This document shows, in pieces, positions 26,591-35,701 of a DNA stretch of 64,000 nt. The stretch covers positions 16,455-80,454 of the forward strand of contig CAZCBG010000004.1 of the NCBI GenBank assembly GCA_964496885.1, written 5' to 3'. Each line of letters opens with the position of its first letter. The stretch's first letter is position 1. The position numbers and the translations under genes are program-made. The stretch comes from an uncultured Bacteroides sp. (lineage in GTDB: Bacteria > Bacteroidota > Bacteroidia > Bacteroidales > JACABE01). The notes under the pieces are model-generated. The model was not told where the DNA came from, did not search any database, and was given only the letters and a program-made list of their open reading frames with translations.

Positions 26591-27790
26591 TTAATTTGTT
26601 CTTCCGGGATAAACTTTAATTGCTTCTTTCAAACATTTCATAGAAGCAATTAAATCTTCCACTTTAAGCACATAACTAATTCTTACCTCATCCATTCCTT
26701 TTCCTTTGGTTGAGTAAAAACCGGTTGCAGGTGCTAACATAACCGTTTCATTATTATATTCGAAATCTTCCAATAACCATTGGCAGAATTTATCAGCATT
26801 ATCAATTGGTAAACGGGCAACTGCATAAAAAGCACCTTTAGGATTTGGACAAAAGCATCCATCCATTTTATTGATAGCTTCAACAACCACATTGCGTCGG
26901 TTAACATATTCATTAATTACTTTATCAAAATAGGATTGTGGTGTATCACAGGCTGCTTCTGATAATATCTGTCCAAAAGTAGGAGGACTCAAGCGTGCCT
27001 GTGCAAACTTCATTGTTGTAGCCATTACAGCTTTGTTTTTAGAAATAAAACAGCCAATGCGAACGCCACATGCACTGTAACGTTTAGATACTGAATCCAA
27101 TAAAATAACATTTTCTTCGATACCTTCTAAGTTCATAGCCGAAAAATGTTCATTGCCATCGTAGCAAAATTCACGATAAACTTCATCTGACAGGAGGTAT
27201 AAATCGTGTTTTTTTACAATTTCTTTTAACGATTGTAATTCTTCTTTCGAATACAAATAACCTGTAGGATTATTTGGATTACAAATCATGATGGCCTTGG
27301 TTTTTGGAGTAATTAATTTCTCAAATTCTTCCATAGGAGGCAAGGCAAAACCATTGTCAATATTTGAAACGATTGGTTTTACAATAACTCCTGCTTCGGT
27401 TGCAAACCCATTGTAATTGGCATAAAATGGTTCAGGAATAATGATTTCGTCACCAGGATCCATACATACCATAAAAGCAAAAATAATACCTTCAGAACCA
27501 CCATTGGTTACAATAATATCATTTTCGTTGATATCGATATTGCATTTTTTATAATACTCAACCAATTTTTTGCGATAGGATAGTATGCCGGCAGAATGAC
27601 TGTACTCAACTACTTTAATATTCGTATTTTTTAAGACATTCATAGCAGCTTCAGGTGTTTCTATATCGGGTTGACCAATATTTAAATGATAAACCTTGCG
27701 CCCTTTCTTTTTTGCTACATCAGAAAAAGGAACTAATTTCCTGATAGGTGATTCTGGCATACTTTTACCTTTGGATGAGATTTTTGGCAT
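26591..27790 (-). CDS. Class I/II PLP-dependent aminotransferase (aspartate/aromatic type)
   Basis: 399 aa. NPNNPTG, DEVY, and SVSKRYSACGVRIG (PLP lysine motif). Confidence 0.85.
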   Translation of the reverse strand: MPKISSKGKSMPESPIRKLVPFSDVAKKKGRKVYHLNIGQPDIETPEAAMNVLKNTNIKVVEYSHSAGILSYRKKLVEYYKKCNIDINENDIIVTNGGSEGIIFAFMVCMDPGDEIIIPEPFYANYNGFATEAGVIVKPIVSNIDNGFALPPMEEFEKLITPKTKAIMICNPNNPTGYLYSKEELQSLKEIVKKHDLYLLSDEVYREFCYDGNEHFSAMNLEGIEENVILLDSVSKRYSACGVRIGCFISKNKAVMATTMKFAQARLSPPTFGQILSEAACDTPQSYFDKVINEYVNRRNVVVEAINKMDGCFCPNPKGAFYAVARLPIDNADKFCQWLLEDFEYNNETVMLAPATGFYSTKGKGMDEVRISYVLKVEDLIASMKCLKEAIKVYPGRTN

Positions 27791-27817
27791 TTTTGGTTAA
27801 ATTTAAAATTTGAATAA

Positions 27818-27851
27818 TTAAAAATCCCGTTGGAGTATTCCAACGGGATTT
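27818..27851 (-). terminator. Rho-independent terminator after the DUF1573 gene
   Basis: Perfect 12-bp stem aaatcccgttgg/ccaacgggattt with a 6-nt loop. T-run on the minus strand. Confidence 0.8.
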
Positions 27852-27875
27852 GAATAATAATAAGTTTGGTAAGAT

Positions 27876-28334
27876 TTAGTGAGTTACAGGAGTAGTACCA
27901 GGAGCTACTGTTTTTTCTGGCATTTGTTCTGTTGGTTTAGGTTCTATTTTACCAGCAATTTGCAAAACAACTCTATCAGTTTTTGCATTCGACATAACTG
28001 TAATTTGTTTACTAATCACACCAATACGATTTGTATCATACTTAACTTTGATAACACCTTCTTTTCCGGGCATAATTGGTTCTCTGTTCCAACTTGGTAC
28101 TGTACAGCCACATGATGAAACAACATTAGAAAGGATTAAAGGTTCTTTACCAGTATTTTTGAATTTGAATTCGCAATTACCATCAGCACCTTGAATAATT
28201 GTTCCATAATCGTGAACAGCATTTACAAATTTAATATCCGGACCATTTGGATTTTGAGGTACGGCTGCATCCTGAGCATTGATTGTTGAAAATGCAAATG
28301 CTAACATAATAATTGAAAAGAATACTTTTTTCAT
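27876..28334 (-). CDS. DUF1573 domain protein (secreted)
   Basis: 152 aa. Signal peptide (..TINAQD). Characteristic ..SSCGCTVPSW.. motif. Confidence 0.75.
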   Translation of the reverse strand: MKKVFFSIIMLAFAFSTINAQDAAVPQNPNGPDIKFVNAVHDYGTIIQGADGNCEFKFKNTGKEPLILSNVVSSCGCTVPSWNREPIMPGKEGVIKVKYDTNRIGVISKQITVMSNAKTDRVVLQIAGKIEPKPTEQMPEKTVAPGTTPVTH

Positions 28335-28391
28335 TTTTTTTTAATTTTAACGTTTTTAAATGAAGTGAATTAAAGACTAAAATTTAGTTTA

Positions 28392-28399
28392 CAAAATTA
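28392..28399 (-). promoter_or_regulatory. -7 box for the DUF1573 gene
   Basis: caaaatta, which is taattttg on the minus strand. 58 nt upstream of ATG 28334. Confidence 0.4.
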
Positions 28400-28631
28400 T
28401 AAATAAATAAAATATAAACAGCAATTTTAATAACAATTTTTTATTAACAATATTTATGCCAATATTTTTAAAAAGGGCAATAATGAAAGCAAGATTGTAT
28501 TTTTTGTGAATTTTTAACAAGTTTGCAAAAATCGCTAGTTGGGTTCATCATTTCAAAAAAAAGTTTAAATATCATTTATTGATTTTAAAGAATAATTTTT
28601 GATTTTTATTGTTGATTTTCAACATTTTTCT

Positions 28632-28639
28632 TACCTTTG
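28632..28639 (+). promoter_or_regulatory. -7 box for the TDH-like gene
   Basis: tacctttg, 68 nt upstream of ATG 28707. Confidence 0.4.
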
Positions 28640-28706
28640 TGATTACAAAAACAAACATATTGACAGTTCAAAAAAAACTTGCAAAACACACAAATTCAAT
28701 CAAATA

Positions 28707-29672
28707 ATGATAAATAAAATATTAGTTACCGGTTCATCTGGTCAAATTGGTTCCGAATTAGTACTTGCACTTCGTGCTATTTATGGTGGAGAGAATGTAA
28801 TTGCTTCAGACAAATGTGAAAATGCAAGTAAAAAAATTCAAGCGAGTGGTCCATTTGAGAAATTAAATGTCTTGGATCGCGATGCAATCGCTTTTGTAAT
28901 TGATAAATATAAGATAGATGCTATTATACATTTAGCAGCCATTTTATCAGCCACAGGCGAAAAAAATCCTATGCTTGCCTGGGATGTAAATATCAATGGT
29001 TTAGTAAATGTATTGGAACTTGCACGTGAAAAAAAATTAAGCAGGGTCTTAATTCCAAGCTCAATTGCAGCTTTTGGGCCTACTACACCTGTAGACAATA
29101 CACCTCAAAAAACCATACTGAAACCAACCACTATGTACGGAGTAACCAAGGTTGCCGGGGAATTACTTGCCGATTATTATGTAGCCAAATATTCTTTGGA
29201 CATTAGAGGCTTAAGATACCCTGGAATTATCAGTAACGAAACATTACCCGGTGGTGGCACTACAGATTATGCAGTTGCCATTTATTACGAAGCTGTTAAA
29301 TCAGGGAAATATGAATGTTTCCTTAGCGAAGATACCAATTTACCAATGATGTATATGCCTGATTGTTTGAAAGCTACTATTGATTTATTTCAAGCTGATT
29401 TTTCAAAATTAAAAAATCACTCCGACTTTAATGTAGCTGCATTTAGTGTAACACCTAAATTATTGGCAGCATCCATCAAAAAATACATGCCTGAATTCGA
29501 AATTACTTACAAAACAGACTTCCGCCAGGCAATTGCCGATTCATGGCCTAATTCTATCGACGACAGTTGTGCCAGAGAAGAATGGGGTTGGAAACCTGCT
29601 TATGATCTTGACACAATGACGCAGGATATGTTGAAAGTAATCAGTAAAAAACACAAAGAAGGATTAATTTAG
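28707..29672 (+). CDS. NAD-dependent epimerase-fold enzyme, L-threonine 3-dehydrogenase-like
   Basis: Start moved to ATG 28707 because a TAccTTTG box at 28632..28639 lies inside the track ORF. KILVTGSSGQIGSEL..NVIASD Rossmann motif and Y..K (YGVTK) catalytic pair. Resembles epimerase-type TDHs by recall. Confidence 0.6.
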   Translation: MINKILVTGSSGQIGSELVLALRAIYGGENVIASDKCENASKKIQASGPFEKLNVLDRDAIAFVIDKYKIDAIIHLAAILSATGEKNPMLAWDVNINGLVNVLELAREKKLSRVLIPSSIAAFGPTTPVDNTPQKTILKPTTMYGVTKVAGELLADYYVAKYSLDIRGLRYPGIISNETLPGGGTTDYAVAIYYEAVKSGKYECFLSEDTNLPMMYMPDCLKATIDLFQADFSKLKNHSDFNVAAFSVTPKLLAASIKKYMPEFEITYKTDFRQAIADSWPNSIDDSCAREEWGWKPAYDLDTMTQDMLKVISKKHKEGLI

Positions 29673-29707
29673 TTTTTTTAAAGCTGCTCTAAGGGCAGCT
29701 TTTCTTT
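29673..29707. terminator. Bidirectional terminator between convergent genes
   Basis: 8-bp stem aaagctgc/gcagcttt flanked by T7 upstream and tttcttttt downstream. Confidence 0.7.
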
Positions 29708-30727
29708 TTAAAAATACAATGGATGTGCTTTAAATCCGTCCTTGGTATTATATTCCAACGTTGGTAATGGTATTTTAATAAATCCCAGTAAATCGAAAAT
29801 GAGTGCTAAGGTTTTTGATTTAGTAGGAATATGAGTAAGATCGATATCTAAAGACAGATAAAACTGGCGATAGCGATCAAAGCGAGGCAATACTTTAGCG
29901 TTATATACTTCAGGATTTACATACCCACCTGTCATGCCTTCAGCACCATATCCAAAAGCAATATTCAGCCACTTGGGAAATACAGAACTCTTTGGCAAAA
30001 ATGAATATACATTACCAGAAAGCCAGATAGTACAACCATTGTAATCTTTCAAAATACGTTGAGGAAGATTCTCTCCTAACAAATCAGGTCGATATTGAGC
30101 AAAATCGGTTGTATGAGCCGAATACTTTAATAAAATTCGTTGTTCGTGCCATGCCAACTGCTGGCTGATGAACAATGCAGAACCCAAGGTGTTGGCGGCA
30201 AAATCACCCGGCGAAAAACCCCATTCTTTTGAAAATCCATCTAATATTTCAATAGTGAGTAAATATACAGACCCCACTCCTCCTCCATACCATATTGCCT
30301 TGCTTTCTTTTACACCCGACCATTTTAAAGCTGAATATCCAATTTTCCCAAAATAATAAGAAGTCAAGGTATGACCCATTTTGTCCATTTGCAACCATTC
30401 CCGGTTATCATTCACAAAATGGAAGCCATTCATAGGATAATTTTTGTACCAAAGTGTATACAAAGCTGTCATCGAACCAGCAATCAGAACACTTTCAGAA
30501 ATAACTACAGCTTTTAAACGTGTTATATTTATAGGAATTACATCTGTTATTTCAGAAGAGGATTGAGCAAAGATATGTATTGAATTCAAAAATAAGGAAA
30601 CAAAAATCAAGGCAGTTATTTTTGTGTCAAAAACTTTTCTTTCAATTTTGGAAAAAAGATAATGGTTTAATTTAGAATAAAAATTGGTCATTTTCTTTTG
30701 GTTTACATTCTTATACATTTCAAACAT
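29708..30727 (-). CDS. Hypothetical envelope protein (DUF2279-like)
   Basis: 339 aa. One N-terminal hydrophobic segment. ..REWLQMDKMGHTLTSYYF.. resembles the DUF2279 core as I recall it. Start codon uncertain. Confidence 0.4.
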   Translation of the reverse strand: MFEMYKNVNQKKMTNFYSKLNHYLFSKIERKVFDTKITALIFVSLFLNSIHIFAQSSSEITDVIPINITRLKAVVISESVLIAGSMTALYTLWYKNYPMNGFHFVNDNREWLQMDKMGHTLTSYYFGKIGYSALKWSGVKESKAIWYGGGVGSVYLLTIEILDGFSKEWGFSPGDFAANTLGSALFISQQLAWHEQRILLKYSAHTTDFAQYRPDLLGENLPQRILKDYNGCTIWLSGNVYSFLPKSSVFPKWLNIAFGYGAEGMTGGYVNPEVYNAKVLPRFDRYRQFYLSLDIDLTHIPTKSKTLALIFDLLGFIKIPLPTLEYNTKDGFKAHPLYF

Positions 30728-30763
30728 TCATAAAGTGACCAAAGATTATTAGAAAAATATCAA

Positions 30764-32107
30764 CTATTTAAAAGAAGTAATAATTTCTCTGACCTCAGCA
30801 ATTTTACTTTCAAGCATTTCAGCATCAGTTGCTTCTGCCAGAAACCTTAAATAGGGTTCAGTGTTAGAAGGACGAACATTGAACCACCAATCTTTAAATT
30901 CCAGTCTGTAACCATCAAAATCAAAAGAGGCAGTCGGACTTTCCTGGTTTGAAAAATGCATACGGATGGCATCCATTGCTTCTTGTTTTTGTTCTATTTT
31001 GAAATTAATTTCTCCGGAATTGGCAAATTTAGAAATATTGGCTATTGCTTGAGAGAGTCTTATTCCTTTTTCTTTGAGTTTACTTACGATTTCCAATACA
31101 ATTAGACAGGCCATAATACCTGAATCGGAATAATAAAAATCACGAAAATAATAATGACCGGCAAGCTCTCCACCATAGATACCGTCGATTTCACGAAGTT
31201 TCAATGATGCAAAAGCCCGGCCAACTTTCCATGTATGCATTACACTGCCATATTTACGGATGGTTTCGCCCACAGCTTTTGATGTACGAATATCCTGCAA
31301 AACATTTCCTTTTAAGCCTTTTTCTACAAGAAAATATTCAGCTAAAAGTGCTATTATTAGGTCAGGAGATATAAATTTACTGTTTTCATCCACAAACATC
31401 ACACGATCAGCATCCCCATCGAAGATGACACCGATATCGCTTTTATTTTCAGCAACTAATTTCTGTAAATCTACAATATTTTCGGCTTCCAAAGGATTGG
31501 CTTCATGATTGGGAAAACTACCATCAAGTTCATCAAAAATGTATATAGGTTGATTTCCTAAAATATCTTTGATTAGCAGGGCTACCATCCCATTAGAGCA
31601 ATCCATGGCTATTTTCAGATTACTGAAATCATTCATATATTGGCGCTGAAAATCAACATAGTCGTCTTTTACGTTAAATTCGATAATTTTACCTTTTTGA
31701 GCAGCAATTTTAATTTCATCAGTTTCTATGCGTTTTTTCAACTCACCCAAACCAGAATCTAAGCCCACTGGTAAAGCATTGCTGCGAGAAACTTTCAATC
31801 CATTGTATTCCTTAGGATTATGGGATGCCGTAATCATTACCGATGCATCGAAATCATACCTTGCAGTAGCCCAATATACCATGGGTGTTGTTGACAAGCC
31901 AATTGTATATACATCGGCACCACTATCGGTAATGCCTTTGCATAAATATTCAAAAATCTCAGGAGAAGATTCTCTGACATCTTTTCCCACCAAAACCTTT
32001 TTTGCTTTTAGTAAATCGGGTAGGAAAAAACCAATGCGGTATACATCATTTTTATCGAAGTCTGTATTATAAACTCCTCTTATATCATAAGCTTTAAATG
32101 CGTTCAT
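30764..32107 (-). CDS. Phosphomannomutase/phosphoglucomutase
   Basis: Start moved to MNAFKAYDIRG (ATG 32107). Active-site TASHNP, metal loop FDGDADR. Confidence 0.9.
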   Translation of the reverse strand: MNAFKAYDIRGVYNTDFDKNDVYRIGFFLPDLLKAKKVLVGKDVRESSPEIFEYLCKGITDSGADVYTIGLSTTPMVYWATARYDFDASVMITASHNPKEYNGLKVSRSNALPVGLDSGLGELKKRIETDEIKIAAQKGKIIEFNVKDDYVDFQRQYMNDFSNLKIAMDCSNGMVALLIKDILGNQPIYIFDELDGSFPNHEANPLEAENIVDLQKLVAENKSDIGVIFDGDADRVMFVDENSKFISPDLIIALLAEYFLVEKGLKGNVLQDIRTSKAVGETIRKYGSVMHTWKVGRAFASLKLREIDGIYGGELAGHYYFRDFYYSDSGIMACLIVLEIVSKLKEKGIRLSQAIANISKFANSGEINFKIEQKQEAMDAIRMHFSNQESPTASFDFDGYRLEFKDWWFNVRPSNTEPYLRFLAEATDAEMLESKIAEVREIITSFK

Positions 32108-32187
32108 TTCAGTTAGTAAATTAGTAAAATAGCAAAGTTGAATGTATTTAATCAAATTAGGTTAAAACATTTTTTATAAACGTTTTT

Positions 32188-33009
32188 TTATTTTGTGAAA
32201 TTCTTGAGTGCTTCAAGGTATTTTGCCTTATTGATTGAAAAAGTATTTTCTGCTGTCCCTCCTATCACTTTATAATCATCTGTTGGACATTTTGCAAGTT
32301 TGCGGAGAACACGCACATCTTTTTGAGCGCATACTTCCTCTTTTTCGCCCCATATAATTAATATGCCTGATACATTTTTACCTCTTTCAGCTACAGCATA
32401 TTCAGGCTCCAGAAGATATTTATCAAAAGCCAGAGGTATTATAACATCCAGATTGTGAACTTCTTTTATTCTTTTCTGAACACTTTCCAATGTATTATAG
32501 GGAGAGTCTGCAATTATTTTATTCACCTCTGAACGATTACATCCAACAGCAATAGATAAGCCGGCTCCCATACCCTGGCCATATAAATCGAGTTGACGAA
32601 ATTTCGAATAATATTTACGTGTATAATCTATCACTGCATTCAGATCTTTTTCGAACTGAGCATACATGTAGAAATTACTGTTGATTTTAAAATCGCTGCT
32701 TTCGCCGTAACCACGATAATCGTAAGTAATTACATTGTAACCAAGGGTTAAAAATTGGCTTGCCATTTCAATCATTTTTGACATATTACCTTCCCCATTG
32801 TTACTAATAATGACAATTTTTTTAGATTCAGATGGGGCTTTATAAAACCATGCGGCCAAAACCATATTGTCTTTGGTAGGGATACTCAATTTTTCATAAG
32901 TAAGTCCAAATTCATCGGGTAAAACTTTGTATTCTTTTTCAGGTTTTAATGCAAATAAAGTGCTGGCAGTTAAAAGTAAAAAAACGATGAATGATGTTAA
33001 GATTTTCAT
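32188..33009 (-). CDS. Alpha/beta-hydrolase-fold protein lacking the canonical catalytic triad
   Basis: 273 aa with a signal peptide. Fold-typical YDYRGYGES, but the nucleophile elbow reads GQGMG (Gly where Ser is expected). No His occurs in the C-terminal third. Confidence 0.7.
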   Translation of the reverse strand: MKILTSFIVFLLLTASTLFALKPEKEYKVLPDEFGLTYEKLSIPTKDNMVLAAWFYKAPSESKKIVIISNNGEGNMSKMIEMASQFLTLGYNVITYDYRGYGESSDFKINSNFYMYAQFEKDLNAVIDYTRKYYSKFRQLDLYGQGMGAGLSIAVGCNRSEVNKIIADSPYNTLESVQKRIKEVHNLDVIIPLAFDKYLLEPEYAVAERGKNVSGILIIWGEKEEVCAQKDVRVLRKLAKCPTDDYKVIGGTAENTFSINKAKYLEALKNFTK

Positions 33010-33066
33010 TGTTATAAAGATTATAGGTTATTGGAAAATGGGATTATATTTATATCCCAAAATGAA

Positions 33067-34095
33067 TTAAAATATTTTATGTTGATTTAATGCGTGTTGG
33101 TATTTACGGGCATTAGCCAAATGTTCTTCCATGTTTTTTGCAAAATTATGAAAACCCGAAAAATCTTCTTTTGCACAAAAATACAAATAATCGGTCTTTT
33201 GATTAGCTAATACTGCATCAATAGAAGAAATAGAAGGAATACAAATAGGCCCAGGAGGTATGCCTCCGTATTTGTAAGTATTATAAGGTGAATCCACAAC
33301 TAAGTGTTTGTTCAAAATACGTTTGATTGTAAAATCACCTACAGCATATTTTACGGTCGGGTCGGCTTGCAGTAGCATTCCTTTTCTGATTCTGTTTACA
33401 TAAACACTTGCTACTGTTGATTTTTCAGCTTTTTGATTGGTTTCTTCTTCAACTATAGATGCAATTACACCCACTTCTTTCCGGCTCAAGCCAGCAGAAA
33501 AGGCACTTGCATTGCGATCGTCGTTCCAGAATTTTTCATATTCTTTTTGCATGCGTTCCATGAGTTGTGCTGCAGTTGTATTCCACCAAATCTTATACGT
33601 ATTTGGAATAAACATCAAACGGAGCTCCTCAACTGATGTTTTGTATTTTGATAAAAAATCAGGATTATTGAATGCAAGAATTAAACTTACACTATCCGTT
33701 TCTATTTGTTTGGCCAATTTTCCCGCCAATTGTTCGTTGGTGCGGATATTGTTAAAAACCAGATTAACTGCTTCTTGTCGCCCCGAACGAAGCATATTTA
33801 CGATCTGATTATTGTTCATACCTGCTTTTAAAAGATATTTCCCGGCTTTTATGTTCTTATCATAGTCTTTTTTTTGAGCAAGCCATTCAAAAGAAGATGT
33901 ATTTTTTAATGCATTTTCTTGCTGTAAACTTTGTATAACATCATTAAAATTGTCGTGAGAATGGATGAATAAATAGGTTTTTTCTTTTGCCACATTAGGT
34001 GCAAACATTCTTAGATAAACAACAAATCCTAATACGCAAGCAATCAAAAATACAATCGTAATACCAGTTAAAATATATTTTTTCTCTTTCTTCAT
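33067..34095 (-). CDS. mltG: Endolytic murein transglycosylase MltG (YceG family)
   Basis: 342 aa. N-terminal TM. YceG-like motifs (..IASIVEEET.., ..LQADPTVKY.., SPYNTY). TAacTTTG box (minus strand) 26 nt upstream. Confidence 0.85.
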   Translation of the reverse strand: MKKEKKYILTGITIVFLIACVLGFVVYLRMFAPNVAKEKTYLFIHSHDNFNDVIQSLQQENALKNTSSFEWLAQKKDYDKNIKAGKYLLKAGMNNNQIVNMLRSGRQEAVNLVFNNIRTNEQLAGKLAKQIETDSVSLILAFNNPDFLSKYKTSVEELRLMFIPNTYKIWWNTTAAQLMERMQKEYEKFWNDDRNASAFSAGLSRKEVGVIASIVEEETNQKAEKSTVASVYVNRIRKGMLLQADPTVKYAVGDFTIKRILNKHLVVDSPYNTYKYGGIPPGPICIPSISSIDAVLANQKTDYLYFCAKEDFSGFHNFAKNMEEHLANARKYQHALNQHKIF

Positions 34096-34120
34096 TATAA
34101 TGCTTTGTAAATTCGAACTG

Positions 34121-34128
34121 CAAAGTTA
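34121..34128 (-). promoter_or_regulatory. -7 box for mltG
   Basis: caaagtta, which is taactttg on the minus strand. 26 nt upstream of ATG 34095. Confidence 0.5.
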
Positions 34129-34153
34129 AAAAATTATGTTTAAAAGAATTTGT

Positions 34154-34669
34154 CTATTGTAGAATTAACTGCAAAAAGTACTCATCCTTCCATTCATTGT
34201 TCAGCATTACCCAATCTTTCCGGCTGCCACAAATTGCAAATCCGTGCTTTTTGAATAATTTCAAACTGCTTTCATTATCGGTAAGTATACTACAATATAA
34301 TTGATGTAGTTGCAAAGCATTGAAACAGTATTTAATAAGAGTTTCCAATGCATCCGACGCATAGCCTTTATTTCGCATTTCATTTGCAATTAAGATGCCA
34401 ATGCCTGCTTTCCTGTTATTGGGATCGAAATCAAAAATATCAATGCAGCCAATGGGTTTATTATCGACCGTAATCATTAAACGAATTTGCTTGTTAACAA
34501 AAACATCCTGAACACTAAATACATATTGTTCAATGACATATCTTGAGAAAGGAGTCGTTGTATTTGAAATATGCCATACACTGGTATCGTTTTCCCAATC
34601 GTATAGCATATCTATATCTTCGGGTTCCATAGCCCTGAGTTGTATGTTGTTTCCTTTAAGTGTTTGCAT
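34154..34669 (-). CDS. GNAT family N-acetyltransferase
   Basis: 171 aa. RimL-like layout with a RNKGYASDAL acetyl-CoA loop. -7 box 30 nt upstream. Confidence 0.8.
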   Translation of the reverse strand: MQTLKGNNIQLRAMEPEDIDMLYDWENDTSVWHISNTTTPFSRYVIEQYVFSVQDVFVNKQIRLMITVDNKPIGCIDIFDFDPNNRKAGIGILIANEMRNKGYASDALETLIKYCFNALQLHQLYCSILTDNESSLKLFKKHGFAICGSRKDWVMLNNEWKDEYFLQLILQ

Positions 34670-34698
34670 TAGATTTTGCGATTTTGTAATTTATTTTG

Positions 34699-34706
34699 CA
34701 AATATA
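34699..34706 (-). promoter_or_regulatory. -7 box for the GNAT gene
   Basis: caaatata, which is tatatttg on the minus strand. 30 nt upstream of ATG 34669. Confidence 0.5.
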
Positions 34707-34804
34707 AAATTTATCAGCTTATTTATCAGATGTTATTTTCTTGACGAAGTAGCACATTGTATCAATAGTCAGTTTTATATACATTTTAATCGAATAAAAA
34801 GCAA

Positions 34805-34839
34805 AAAGCCGTCAATTGTATAACTGACGGCTTTTTTTT
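34805..34839. terminator. Hairpin terminator downstream of the Cys-rich gene
   Basis: 10-bp stem aaagccgtca/tgacggcttt. T-runs on both strands. Confidence 0.75.
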
Positions 34840-34854
34840 CATTCGTTTTAATAA

Positions 34855-35250
34855 TTAATCTTTGTCTTCCTTATTTCCGTGTTCTTTACACATATGTTTC
34901 TTGTCACAGCATGATGCTGTTGAATCCTGTTTACCTTTTCCAAAACATTCATCATTAATTTCCACGCAATACATTTTGCAATGATGCATAGGTTTACAGT
35001 TCGTCATACAACTGTCACCTTTTATCTTACATTCATCACCTTTACATTTATTAAACTTTGGACAGCCATGTATGCCATAAGCCAAAGTTGTCAACAAAAG
35101 AATACAAGCAATGGCAACAGTATAGAAGCCTTTTACCCATTGCTTTTCATTTTTACTGATAAAACCCTTAATTATCTGGATAATACCATAGGTTTTGATA
35201 AGAATTACCAAAACAAATAAAACATAAAGAATTACATACATTAAATGCAT
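34855..35250 (-). CDS. Membrane-anchored Cys/His-rich small protein (unknown function)
   Basis: 131 aa. Two N-terminal hydrophobic helices, then 71 residues with 11 Cys and 5 His (GCPKFNKCKGDECKIKGDSCMTNCKPMHHCKMYC..SCCDKKHMCKEHG). Own -7 box at 35279..35286 and hairpin terminator at 34805..34839. Confidence 0.6.
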   Translation of the reverse strand: MHLMYVILYVLFVLVILIKTYGIIQIIKGFISKNEKQWVKGFYTVAIACILLLTTLAYGIHGCPKFNKCKGDECKIKGDSCMTNCKPMHHCKMYCVEINDECFGKGKQDSTASCCDKKHMCKEHGNKEDKD

Positions 35251-35278
35251 AGCTCATAAATTTTAATTAATACTGCTA

Positions 35279-35286
35279 CAAACTTA
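35279..35286 (-). promoter_or_regulatory. -7 box for the Cys/His-rich gene
   Basis: caaactta, which is taagtttg on the minus strand. 29 nt upstream of ATG 35250. Confidence 0.5.
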
Positions 35287-35503
35287 AAAATTATTTTTTA
35301 ATAAATGACAGAAATCATTAAAAATTTAGAAGTTTCAAGATTAAATATAGAACGTCATAGTGGATTGGAATTAGTAAATAAACTTTCTTTCAGTTGAAAG
35401 ATTTAATTTACAAATTGAATTTCCATTAAAAATACTGTTCATTGAGAAACAACCCAATAGTAACATAAAACTTAAAATATGATACAAAAAAGGATAATCA
35501 AAA

Positions 35504-35626
35504 ATGTTTAAAAAAATACTATTTAGCTATTTTTTGATATATATTTGTATCTTAATTATTTTAATTTGGTTTGAGCATAAAAAACAGAATTATGATAATA
35601 AAGAAGCCTCCTTAACAAAATTTTGA
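35504..35626 (+). CDS. Possible 40-aa hydrophobic small ORF
   Basis: ATG..TGA encoding MFKKILFSYFLIYICILIILIWFEHKKQNYDNKEASLTKF in a 450-bp AT-rich spacer. No promoter box or conservation evidence. It could be chance in AT-rich DNA. Confidence 0.12.
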   Translation: MFKKILFSYFLIYICILIILIWFEHKKQNYDNKEASLTKF

Positions 35627-35701
35627 AGTTTATTTTAATAATAAAATTGAAAGTTTAGTAAAATACTTACCAAATGTTTAATATTTAAAATTTTAAATAA
35701 A

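Noticed and set aside
28599-28706. ORF-track N-terminal extensions from upstream TTG or ATG codons (28599, 10942, 13169, 19096, 40745, 42868, 56122, 32155).
   Set aside because: The extensions contain promoter boxes or terminators, or are low-complexity with no homology logic. Canonical N-termini (e.g. KILVTGSSGQIG, MNAFKAYDIRG, MATNLKK..) begin at the downstream ATG.
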